From contig CAJINV010000030.1 of NCBI GenBank assembly GCA_905178155.1, positions 77,984 to 141,983 on the forward strand: 64,000 bases of DNA. Direction: 5' to 3'. The translations under genes and the position numbers were made by a program. Positions 11,461 to 24,200 of this stretch are shown here, piece after piece (positions within the stretch are counted from its first letter, which is position 1; every line of letters begins with the position of its first letter). Below the pieces are notes generated by a model. That model had not been told where the DNA came from, did no database searches, and saw nothing but the letters and a program-made list of their open reading frames with translations. Origin of the DNA: Amoebophrya sp. A120 (lineage: Eukaryota > Protista > Dinoflagellata).

Positions 11461-12292
11461 AGATCAGGATCTTCAGTTTTGCTTCGTGAGGATCTCACCA
11501 TGAGTTCTTTTTTCTGTTTTGATGTCCTTCAGAGATATCGTGTAAATAAGTCGTCGTATTTTATTTCCACCGCTGAAAAGATGGAAGAGGTTCGGAAGAT
11601 GATCACCGTTAGGTGGTTGACACTGTTACAATTCGCACCAAGACTGCGAATGCGATTGATATGGATTTTCTCTATATTACTTTGCTTCATGGATCCCAAC
11701 ATACTCCGGTGACAATCTTTCTGTCTTCTTTTGCAGGTCTTCTTCGTGTAAGGAGGTTGTATTTATCCCGGTGAAGGTCGGATATGATTTTTGATGCGTG
11801 CATAGCACGTGGACGCACTAGACATTCACTCAAATACACGTCCAAATTTCTGTCTGTCGATACAAGTAACCTGAATATCTGACGTCCTATAATGAAAGTA
11901 GCACTGGTGATCAAGCGACATAGACATACAAGTAAGTACTATTAGCGACATATTAGACATTCAAGTTGAAGACCAGCGACATAAACATTCTGCTTTGAAA
12001 GTATTAAAAAGTAGCTTCGACGAATCGGGTGCCTTGATGCGGCTGCAACCAGGCGGCGGGCGTCGACTTCGTTACAAGTTGGTAAAAATTTCGGCTTGGT
12101 AAAAAGATCGAGATAGCCGAATTACGCTTGTGCCTTCAAAAATTCTTTGAGTGCAGCACCGCCTGAGTGAACATCGGCACCGGCTCGCTGTCTCGCGTGA
12201 CCGGCGTCCATCTTGGCCGCACGCGACCAGGAACATCGTCTCTACTACTGTAGAAGTCCTACGAAAGAAAGACCGCAGCTGCGACACACCAA

Positions 12293-15200
12293 ATGAAGTT
12301 TGTGCACGAAGCCTACGATGCCCTCGCGGAGGCGCGGGGGGAGGCACTTGCCGCATTTTCGGATTCGGCGAACTACAAGTACGAGATGACGTACGATGAA
12401 TTGGTGGAAAAATCCAACCTCCTCGCCCTTCGCGTTCTGCAACCAGAGTTGGAGAAAATTGCAGCTTCAGCACATCAGAAGTGGAAGAGTAGCGACCCGC
12501 GCATTGAGTGCATGATCGGTTTGGATGTCTGCCGGTGCTCACCGTACTTTCTGCCGCTCGTCCTGGCCGTTTCCCGGGTCGGGGGAACCTGCGTCTTCCA
12601 CGTGCGTGCGGAAAACGAGCGGGAGCTGAGCGAAAAGGTAAGCGTAAGCTCTATTGCAGTGAGGCATTACAAATACCTTCTCTGAGCTGCTAAATTAGCA
12701 TTTACAAGTCCCAGTTTTCCTTTTGCCGAAATTTGTGATGCTATTATAATCCGATGCCGTTGCCGATAACTTTAACTATAACAGGAGCGAGCCGCGAATC
12801 TCCGGCGCAATACGCAGGTCACCGAGCTTGTGGATTTCTCCGTCACGGAAGAGCAGTGCAAAACGGTATGGGACAAAAAATCCGCAGGCCGGTCATCCGC
12901 GCCTTCCGCTCAAAATCCCGCAAGAACGGAGGGTTGTACGGCTTTGGAAGGCGACAGCGATTCGAGCGGGAGGAGTGCAAGTACTACAAGGATTCCTTCT
13001 AAAAATGAATCAAAATCCTGTAGTTCTGTTTGTTCAACTACATCCCTTTTTCTTTCACAAGAACTGTTAGGTGGTTGTACTGACACCGCGAGGACCGCAG
13101 CGTCAGCCCCTACAAGAACTCCGAAGATTTTCGCGTTGCTCTTCACGGGCGGCACAGTCCGAGAAAAGATCGCCGCAGTCTCGCACGGAATGTTCCTGCA
13201 CGAGGTGCAGCACTACCACAAAGTCCTTTCCCCGGCGCTCGAGGCTCGGATGCGCTCATACAATTTCCCCAAAGACCAGGTTCGGGTTTGCTGCAACACT
13301 TCCCTCACGTGGGCTGCGAGCACGATTGGGCAGATCAGCATGGCGTGCGGCTTCAAAGGCGCTGTGTTTTTCCTGGAAAGCCCAGATTTTCAGGAGCAGC
13401 GACGCTTGCTGAAGAAGCATGACATCACCGTGATCGGCGTGGCGCCGACGGTTCTGCAGGCGTTGGCACCAAACCGCCCTTCCGCGGACATTCCCACCGT
13501 GAAGCTGGTGTTCACGTGGGGCGAAAAACTGCGCCGCGACGTGCGGGCGCGCATGCGGGCGGACGGGGTGCGGGTGTGCAACCTGCTGATCGCGACCGAG
13601 TACTGGCTCTGCATGGTAGCTGTTGACGACGCAGACGAATTTTCGCTTGTTGACAGCGACTTTCTTCAATACATGCGCATACAGGACCCGGATACCTTGC
13701 GCAGCAGGGCCCCTGCGAAGATTCAAAGCAGTCTTCCCGGAGGGGCGGCAGCAGCTGCGTTGGGCCAGCGACTGGCAGAAGAGCGAGCTCTTCAGACCCT
13801 CGGGACGAACCCGACGACGACGCCGAGTCAGACGACTCACACATCCACTGGGGTTCTGTGCTTGCGTGGTGAGTTCGTCACTCCCGGATACTTTGACCTG
13901 GCGGCTGGAAAGATTGTTCCGCTGGACAACATCCTAACTCTCGAAGACGGGTTGGAGTATTTTAACACAAATGACCGAGTGGAGATCAAGTGCGATAATG
14001 TTTACGAGAGCAACAGCACAGAAAAAGATAAAGTCCCGGCACTGGAGATGCCTCCACGACAAGGACAACAGGACGTCCGGATTGTTTGTTTGGGACGCGA
14101 CGACCTCAAAGTGAAGGTGAACGTATCAAAAGTAAAAATGTCTGGGTCTGGAAGCTTGTGATGCTGGGTGGCGTCTTATGATGAGGCTACAAATGCTGGC
14201 TCAGCATGACAAGTCTCTGAGCTCCTGGGTGTTGCCTATTCTGCATGACAAACTGCGCTTCTGCATTGCAGAAAAACGGAGCTCTTGGGTAACGTGCATG
14301 ACTGACAAGCATGACAAACATGACTTCTTCCAGACCCAGACATTTTTACATTTGATAGAACGCAGAGATGATCGATCTGGGCGAGGTTTGCGAGAAAATC
14401 CTCGTCCTCTCCGATTGCGTCCGTGAGGCCGAGGTCATTCCGTACCGCGAGCAGTACCAAGTGAACGCGCCGTTGCAGTACCATTTTTTCGTTGTCTGTG
14501 GGAACAGTGCTTCTACACGTGGACGGCGGGGTGGACAAACGGCACGCAAGGGTGATGTCGTAAATCAGCTTCTGGATAACCGGGCATCCAGTTCATCTTC
14601 CTCCAGCCGGGAAAACCACGGTTCGCAAATGTTGATCGCAGAACGAACATTGAGTGCTGCATCCACGAGTAGTTCTTCATCTTCTAGCAGTTGTATTGTC
14701 AACCCCCGGACGTCGACGAGAGGACAGCAACTCCGACGCGGACCAACGCTCCTTTCCCCGGAGTTAGCACTGGAGATCCAAAAACTCATCCCCCGTGCGG
14801 AGCACATCCGGTTGCACTTTCGCTGCTCGCCGTTGCCACGGCGGGCGGGCACGGACAAAGTTGACCGGGAGGAGCTGCGACGCCAGTTTCACCAGGCAGA
14901 TTGCAGTTGGCCGTTGTCCGAGCTCACAACGGTTTTGTCACCGCAGAAGCTGGCCGCAGTTCCGCTGGAGATCCGTGCCCTGGAGCGCGGCACGCAGGAC
15001 CGATTCGAGGAGCAAGCCATGCCGGTGTTCTACAACATAGCGATGGTGCTGCTCGTTGTTTATTTGATTAACCCAGAAAACTGCCTGAGAAATATCTTCT
15101 TTTTCTACCCATTCCTGTACCAGGGACTGTATTTCCTTCTCTTCGACAACGATTGCACGGCGGGCGTAGTGCGGGAAAAACACACGAAGACGCCACTTCA

Positions 15201-18200
15201 TCTCCAGTTCCAGCCCTACAGTGATTACCCTGCGTACTGGAAGGAGCTGGTTTTTCGGTTCAGCTATTTTCTGATGGACAATCACTCCAACATGAGCAAC
15301 CACATTCCATTCAACGTGGTCACGTACAGTCTGCTTTGCTTTCTTTTGTGGAACAGGTTGCCAGTGGGAACCAGCATCTGCAACGTGTTCGACGCTGCGG
15401 TCAGCTGTGCGGCACACTTGATGTCCATGCTCATGTTCCCCACGACGGCGACCGATTTTATTCTTCATGCAAATCCGGTCAATGGTTCCTCTTCCTCCTG
15501 CTACGGCGATTTGATCGCGTCGCTTGCGGGCCTCGCTACAGGATTGTTTCCTTTCATCCTGTTTTGCTACGGTTTCGTCCGGCTGGTGCGGTACGAGCCG
15601 TGGCGCATTTTTGCGTGGCCCCCGGTTTTCTGGTGCACCATGATCGGAGAAAGCATCAGCCAGGAGGTCGGCTGGTGGCTCGAATACAAGCGCACTAACT
15701 TCGAATTCTGGTGCGGACTCTTCCGAGAATGGTATGCAAGAATAGAGATTTTATTTTTAGGAACAGCAACTGGAACTGCAAATCGAATTTCAGATCAAGG
15801 GTGGAGTGTGGTCTTCGATTTCGATCAAGATAAAAGCATGATTTTCTTGTCAGACTAGAAACTGTGCTTCAATATTCTATATTTCGCCCTCCACCTCCAT
15901 CTCCTCTCAGCATTTGGATTTTTAGCAGCTCCTCGTCGTAAATTTTCTTTTTTATCAAATCTTATCGCCAGGTTTTTTCTGCATCAGGAACCCTCCTTGG
16001 CAGAGACGCTGCAAGAGGTCGACCTGATGCGAAAAGTAAACCAGCCTCTGCTCTCCCTCGACAAATCGGTGATCAAGCAGCGCAGGGAGCGGGCGGGGTT
16101 GAGATTTTTGCGAAGGATAAAGGTTAAAAAGGGAATCGGACAGGAAAAACGCAGCGGCAGCTGCCGAGCCCGAACCAGCAACAAAATATCGCAGGAGCTC
16201 CGCGTTTCTCCCTTCCAGCGTCCCCGCCACCTTACGAAACTAGAAGCCAGACTTTTTCCGCCTCCTGCGAAGGAAGCCGACCAGCGAGCCCTTCGAAGAC
16301 AGCGCCTGGGACCTCCTTTGCGCGGCGGTGGCCGCCGTGGGTGTATAATTGCGCACAACGGAATGGTGTCGCACCCGTCTTCGTCAACGAGATCATCTGG
16401 TGCCAGAACCACGAATGCAGAAGGTAGAGAAGATGATGGAGAAACGACTCCGTCTTCCGAATTTGAAACCGAGGACGGGTTTTCTCTCGGGGGACGGGAG
16501 CCCGAAATGTGCTATTCCTGCAAGAGGCCCTCCTACTTTTTCGAATCACCGTCAGAAGCCACCTGCGCCGTTGAATTCCGGGAATACGACAAAAAGACGA
16601 TCCAGGCGAGCCGACCCCCGCAGCTGTGCGCGGTCTGCTGGGCGGACCTCGTCGCTGACACGGAGCTCGAGGCCGGGCGTGCCCTATTGGAGTGCCCGAC
16701 CGACGCAACCACCAAGTGCCTCCTCGGGGAGGCCAGCGTTGCGGCACAGCGGATAAAGGAAAATAGTGAGAGAGGATGTGTGCAGCAGGATGGAACAACA
16801 ACTGCGAGGGGGCCCAAGGGGAGTGCGCATAAGGTGTCCACCATGGCCGACAGAGAGAAAAGCATGCAGGCTGCACGAAACCTGCAGTGGATTCCAGCGG
16901 TAAGCAGAACGGCGTCCTCATCATCTGGATCGGCAACGTCGGGTAAAAGTAGATCCTACGCACCTCCAGTGGCGGAAGTCGTTGTAGCCGAAAATGCTGT
17001 AGCAGGTCTTGCACGAGGAACGACACAGGGTAAAAGTTGTAAGGCACAGGATGCAAGCGAGGTGGCGAACAGTGGTTTGTCACCACCGGCGCGGCGAACC
17101 AAAACTGGCGGCAGCCGAAGCACAGGCATTAAGGGCGAGCAGCCAACCCCCGCTGGTGCAGAGAAACAACGACGGAAAATCACAGATGAAACAACGTCAG
17201 ACGAAGGGCAGATCCACCTCGCGCCGTTTAGAATTGCTAGTTTTAGCATCGATTTTACCGAGCTTTTCAGAGTTGTTTTTGCCTTCCTGGTGTGGATCGG
17301 AAACACATTCTGCTGGATAGGTTTGAAGTTAGCGAGAGCGACTGGGTTCGGACGCTGGTTTGAAGGTGGCGAGAGCGACTCGATAGGTTTGAAGATGGTG
17401 AAGTCCGTGCAAGCGCTCTGGAATATACTCTCTATGGTATTCGAGGAATTGATCCCCCTTCCGGGCAAGGGCGAGGGCGGACTCGCCGCAGCGACCCCCG
17501 CACTGATCTGCGAACTGCCTCTCTGGCTCGTCGTCCGCATCCCGTGTTTTTCCTTCATGGTCTGCCTTTGGGTGTTGGACGCCGGTGTGACCGCTGGGTT
17601 GTTCCGAGAATTTGCACTTCCCGACTTCGTGCGGAAACAGGCTGTAGCCGTCTGTCAGAGCGTCAACGCTGCGCTGAAGTTTCTATATTCAAGCGCACCC
17701 GCGCCTGGTTCTTCCATGTCCGCCTCAGGTTCACGACGACAACTGCGCCTCGAAAGGGAAACTACAACTACAATAAGCGAAGAGCACCCGGCGCCCAACA
17801 AGGAACAAAACAAGCATGCGCACCGCAGACAGGGATACACCGAGGCGGATTGGGCAAAGTGGCAGGCTATGACGTGGGAGGAACAGTCTGCCTACTGGAA
17901 GCAACGGGAGGAGGAGAAAAAGCTGCGTAATGAACGGTGGGAAAAAGAGGAAAACCTGCGAAATAAGCTGTGGACTCTGGAGAAGGAAGTCAGAAACCTC
18001 ATCTGGGACCTCGAAGACGGCTACCGGATCATCTGGAGGGACCAGTCCCCGAACTCCTTTCTCGAGATGCCAGACGTCGTCAAAATGTTCGAGAAACTAA
18101 AGCACCAGCAGGCCCTCGCGCTCGCTGGTCAGCAGCATCTACTTCAGAACGGGACGCTGACGGGACAAGAAGGCAAAAATGGAATAAATGCGGGCGTACT

Positions 18201-21200
18201 ACAAAAAAACAAAAATCTTACGCCGCTCTCTGGGCCGCTGAGTGGAGAGCTGGCCGCGCTACTGCAGGAGAAGGTGGGTCGCGGCCTGCAAAACCTGCAA
18301 TTTCGCGAAACGATCTTAGACGGAGTGCTAGACAGCCTGTTGCGGCAAGAATTGGCCCAGGCCATCACGGATAAATTGCACCGGAAGGTCACAGTACAGA
18401 ACCTTTTGCCGATCGAGACCGTGGGAGGCCTTCTGCAGATGGTGCAGTCGGCGGAAGTAATCAGCGCCTCCAGCAATGAGATGGACCAGTTCGTCGCGAT
18501 TGAAGACACGAAAGACGGCGCCGACACGACAACTCGCAGCGCTGACGGTCGCGGCGCAATGTGGTTTGTGGGGGCCCACCACCAGCCCATGGGCAGTTGG
18601 ACGGTTGCGACCACTAGCAGTTACGATTTGGCGATACTGAATGCCGCGTTGCACGATGTGCTCCAGAAACACCCCGCGCTGCGCACGATCCTTGCCGACG
18701 GTGATATGTTCTTGCGACAGATCGAACAACCCGCGACCCAGTGGCGACTGTTGGCCCCCATTCTGCAGCGGTCTGCGCAGCAGATGAAACTCGGGAAACT
18801 AGGGGAGGACCCATCACAGCAGCCAAGCGGGAACAGTAGTACGTTGTAGCTGCTACATGTTGTCTGCATTCTAAATTTCCCTGTTTTTGCCCTATTTCGT
18901 CCCGTCGGTAAACTCATTTCATGGCCGCGGATGCGAACGAATGCTTTAGACCTCCCACAGTGAAATATGATTGTGCTTGTCGATCACGCTAGGCATATGT
19001 GGTGCAGCCGGAGAACAAGCTATGTTTGTTGTATTTGCAGATATTGGACGTCGAACACCCTAAAGCTTGATAAAGGTGAACAAAAAAAAGAAGCGCATGT
19101 CCTTGTAATACAAACTTTTCAGGCACCTCCGTAGCTTGTCCCGCAGATCATGGAAACAATTGGTTTGTCCAGGCTTTCGCGTTTTGCGTCGACGCTGTGG
19201 TTGCGATCGTGAACGCCTCATGGCAGGTGACGTGGCCAAAAATGGTGGTGCGGGATTGCGCGGACCTTCGAACGGCTAGCTCGAAGCGCTGCGTCGAGCT
19301 GGCAGACGACGACATTGTATCCTGTGCAAAAGTAGAGGTACCATACTCGTAGTAAACGCAATTATGCATTACAAATTTTTTTCTTGAGGGAAATCCGCAT
19401 TACAAATTTTATTTCTCACACTGAGAGACCGTGAGGGCCAAGATCAAGATGACACCGTGCGGACGACCACAGGGGGCCCGTCTAACAACAACATGCTGAG
19501 GAAATTTGTCATGCATTTATATTACGAGTACGATATTTTTGCTTTTGCACTTCATACATTGCGGCGTTTTACGAAGCAAATGGATACGTCTCTGACAGCG
19601 ACGAGGAAGAGGAATTTTTCCCGGACATAGGACACGATGAACAGTTTCGTGACGCAGACCACCACCCCGGCACTGGTTCCGTGGATCATGGCCCTCCGCT
19701 GGCCAATACCGCACGGAAAAAAACACTGCTCGCGGACGCCCTGACCGTCCATGATTTCCACGACGAAGATCTAGTGGACTGCGCGCTGGCGGACAAGAAA
19801 TCGGGACGGCACGAGGCGGCCAAGCGCTTGGGCTGCTTGGGAAACAAGAAGGGCACAAAGATTTACTTCAACACCTGCGAGGAAGACGTGGCTGGGAAAA
19901 CGCCTCTCGTGAGTGCGAACGACGAGGTGCGACGGTGGTCGGACATCCAGATGCTGCACCTCGATCGCCCCGAGCTCGGGCGCATGATGGAGGTGAAATT
20001 GGCGAAGTTTAGTTACGACACGCTCGCTAACTCCGTGTGGTCGATTGTGGATGGAGGAGGAGGTGACGATCCGTACAATTCCAGACAGCACTCGCAAGGA
20101 GGTGGCTCTTCCGTGGTGCAAAAGGGAACGACTTTTTCCATTCTGCGAGTGGCCGCGTCGACGAAGGTCGACCGGGCCCTGGGAGAGCAACTAAAGCTAA
20201 TATCGGATGAAATAATTGGCAGTGATGTTCTTCCCGGAGCAGGAGGAGCCGGAGCCAACACCAAGGAACTACTAGTAAACCACGGGAAAGAACATGGAGA
20301 ACAAACCAAGTTAATCCTCGTGAACCGCAGCGTAAAATCGCTGTGGGTCGGCGAGGTGGTGCCCTTCAACCACCCGGAGTTTGTCTCGCCGCCGCATCGC
20401 TGTGCCGCTTTCTGGTCGGTAAAGTGTATCGTGGTTCCAATCCGGTGCGCCCTCACGTACGAGACACCGACGCTCCCAACGTCACCGATAGGGTTAACTT
20501 CGAATATCAAAACAAGTCCACGAGGAGCAGGACAAAAGCCGTCTGGTGCTTCAGCATCGGCGCGGAAAAACGGTGCAGATGGTGTTGCGATTGGACCTGC
20601 GAGTAGTTCTTCTACACCGAAGAAAACTACACTTCGTTCACCTGAACGGAAGAGCGAAGGTCCACCCGCGGGCTCCGCTGATTCGGATGATGATTTTGCC
20701 GCGAGTAAAGAAGGGAGTCGCGGCGGTGATAATCAAGGCAGTGTTAGCGCATCTTCCGGCTCTTCGGCTGCTGAAGATGGAGCAGTCGGTGGTCGAAGAG
20801 GTACTAGTCTGGAATGTTCTTTACCTTCGTCCTCCTCAGACGACGACCATGGGATCAACTTTTGGCCAACCACGGACGAGGAAGATGACAAAAACTTTGT
20901 ACGGCAGAAGCGACAAAAGGGTAGTTGCGCTGCAGGTCGAGGACCAAAAAATTCTTGGTCTTCCTCTGATACAGATACCGATTACGGATTCTTCCCGCCA
21001 ACCACGGATGAGGAGGAGAAAAGCGAGATCGAAATAAACACGAGGAAAGGTGGGAAACCAGCGGAAAATAAATCTCCAACTGCATTTTGCGCCTCTTCGT
21101 GCTCTTCCGCAAGAGGAAAGCCTGCGGGAAGCGAACAGAGCGAGGAGCCGGCCCCGGGCGCAGCGGCAGCCGTGACAGCAGCCGAAGGGTCATCGGGAAT

Positions 21201-24200
21201 TGCATTGAAGGACTCGTCTGAAGCTGGCTCGTCGGCATCCACCGCTGAAGACGAGAAAAGGCCCGTCGATTATGATGATGTTGAGGCGTCGCCGCCCTGT
21301 GCTGCCGAAGATGTTGACCAGGTCGCGGACTGCTGCTCTGATGGTGGCTCGTCTTTCCCCCCCAGCAAGTCCTCTTCGGAGTGCTCTGAGCAGGAAGATG
21401 ATGCCAAGTCGGACACTTCATCTTCGAGCCCCTCCGATAGGGACGAAGCGGAAGTTCTTGCAGAGGTACGGGGGGCCCAACAAGATGATAATCTGCTGCC
21501 TTCCATTCCAGAGGAGAACACTAGCTCAGGTGACGCCATCAATGACAGGCGGGAAGCTGAACAGGAAATCGTGGAAGAAGATGCCGGTCAGGTTCTGCCC
21601 GACGAAGCAGCACCAACGACCTTGTGCATTCCTGCTGCTCCGATGGTAAACACCAGTGGAGAAAACAGAGATCGCTCACCGCCTGCCAGCAACTCCGGAG
21701 GTTGTGATAATTTTCGGCGACGAAAGGACAGTTTTGCTTCATCCAGCAGTCCCCCATCATCGTCCTCAAGCTCTTCTAGTTCTTCTTCGGACAGCGACAG
21801 CGACTCGGATGCCAACATGAGCAAGATCACGAAGCGCAGCACGAAGAGCACTCCAAGAGGGCAATCGGAATCTCCGACCGGGATGGCCAGTGAGTCTGGT
21901 AAGAACTTCTTGAATCTTGCGTATACAACCTGTAGCAGCTCGTTGTAGTCGGCACTTTTCCTCTACTTTTTCTTTTTCTTTTCTGTCTCTTTTGCGACTA
22001 AATACTTGTTGTCCTCAAATCTGCATTGCTATTATGAGGAGCGGGGATGATTTTAATGTTGTGTTTTCAGCATCTTCAAACCTGCATCGATATTATGTGA
22101 AGCGGGGATGATGTTCATGTTGCGGTTAAAAACTTGCAATTTCACCTGAAGTCCAAAGTAGCGCCAGGCACACCACGCTATACGTCAAAATTCCAGATGC
22201 AAACAACTGTTTCTCAAAACAGAAACCCGAAAAACCCCAGTCCGCAGCCCAACTGGCCGGGATGTGTCGAATTCTTCGAAGGCAGATGACCTGCAACAGC
22301 TGCAGAACCAACTCGAGGAAGAGGAATTGAACCAACGCATACAGCAGCAGAAAGAGGCCAAGATAGTGCCGTGCCAGTGCCCGCGGCGCGACCTTGGCTG
22401 GCACAATCTGAACTGTCATTTGGAAGACTATTTTGCACCCTCATCCTGCCTGAACTGCGGTTCCCGGGACCACCGCCTGATCGATTGCCGGGTCCCGATT
22501 CGCGCGTCCGGCAAGAAGGGCTTTTCGGTGCGGGAAGCCAATCGTTTGCGCACGCTGCAGCGGAACAAGTTAGCGAGCCGCGCACGAGCGGAGGGGGCCA
22601 AGTGCCCGAACTGCCAGACCCCGTTTTGCTCTTTGGAAGATTGTCCGCAGAAGTGCACCGACAAAAAACTCCGCCCCCAACAGTTACAACTCTGGTTCAT
22701 GCGGGCGCATCGCCAGGAGAACAGTGACGCTCGGACCGTAGCCAGAAAAAAGGGTGGCGCCGCGGGGGTGGTGCTACAAGCAGATGGAAATCTGGATCCT
22801 GCGGCAGCTTCAACTCGGGAAAAACCGAACGCGGAATCACTCTACCCTCCGACGGCTGACGAACTGCGAGATTTTCTGCTCTGGGACCAGGCTCAATTCG
22901 ACTGTGAAAATGACGGGGGCCGGATCCTTCGCGCGGCAAACTTTTCGAATACCCGGAAGTGCAACTTCTGCGAGCACTATGGGCACACCGAAGAGCACTG
23001 CAAGAATCGGAAGCGCGCACTGGACGCTTGGGTCTTGCGCCACGGCTTGCCGCGCCGCGATCTGGACAGCTGGAACAAGAATGGGGCCTTCGCGGTGAAC
23101 CAATTTCGCAAACCCAGTCTGGAAGAAGAGTACGGGTCCAACCTGTGGCTCAGGCTCGACAACAACGACGAAATGTCCATCTACGAAGCAGACCAAAACC
23201 CCGCGGAAAATGAGCACGTGCATGTGCCCGTCTACCAGGCCTTTCGACTTCCGAAACGACCACCTGGTGAGCGGTCGTTGGAAGACCCATACATTCGGAA
23301 GGAAGTGGAGGGACCATCAGCATCTTCCTCGGATCGTGAAGAAGGAGCCGACGTGCCGCATGGAACTGCCAGCAGCTCCAGCTCTACCCTTCTTGCCGGA
23401 ACAACTGTGCCGCAGAAAAAGCATCTCGAGCTTGCTAGTATTCAATCCACGACTGGTACATCACAGGCGGGAGGAGAACTGGTCGAGAAAAAGTCTTTCA
23501 CGATTGTCTCGATTCAGGTGTATCACAGTGTGGGCGACGCTTTCACTTTTCACCCCCTGACGAAGGACTTCACCCTCCTGGTGGAGTTGTACGATAAAAT
23601 GTGGAAGATCAAGCAAAGGAAAATGACTCCTTCGTCCCAGCAGCGCCTGGCCCTGGCGGATCAGCATTGTGGTGTGCAGGAAGTGGCGGAGCAGGTGCCC
23701 CAAGAAGGAGCTGAAGAGGACAAAGAAGCAGATGCTACTGGTCAACAAGCGGCTCTTTCTACTCGCACTGGTAGTGTCGCTCCTTCAGAGTGGGTTGAAG
23801 GTGAAAATGGAAATGTCGTAGCGCAACGTCAAGCTCGAACTGGGGAGAACACCCTCTCCGCGACGGTGATCGATGATCTGCAAGCCCGGTTGCACAACGC
23901 GTTTTCCCCCATAAGCGAGGTTGACGGGCACCTGGGGCGCCGCATCGAGGAGAACCGGCACACATTTTCCATGCGGGGAAATCTGGGCTTTCACAAGTGC
24001 AAAAACCAGTGGAGCAGCGGGATACAGGGTACCTGGAACATCGCGGGCCCCGAGGCGCGGATGCTGCTGGAACTATCTCGGATGTACCAGACCCCCATCG
24101 ACGTGCTCTTGCAAGGCATTCTCGCGGTCTCGGAGGCGCGGGCCGGGGCACAGGAAATTGTACTGATCTGTAGTTCGCTGACTGTTTTGTAAATTCTGAT

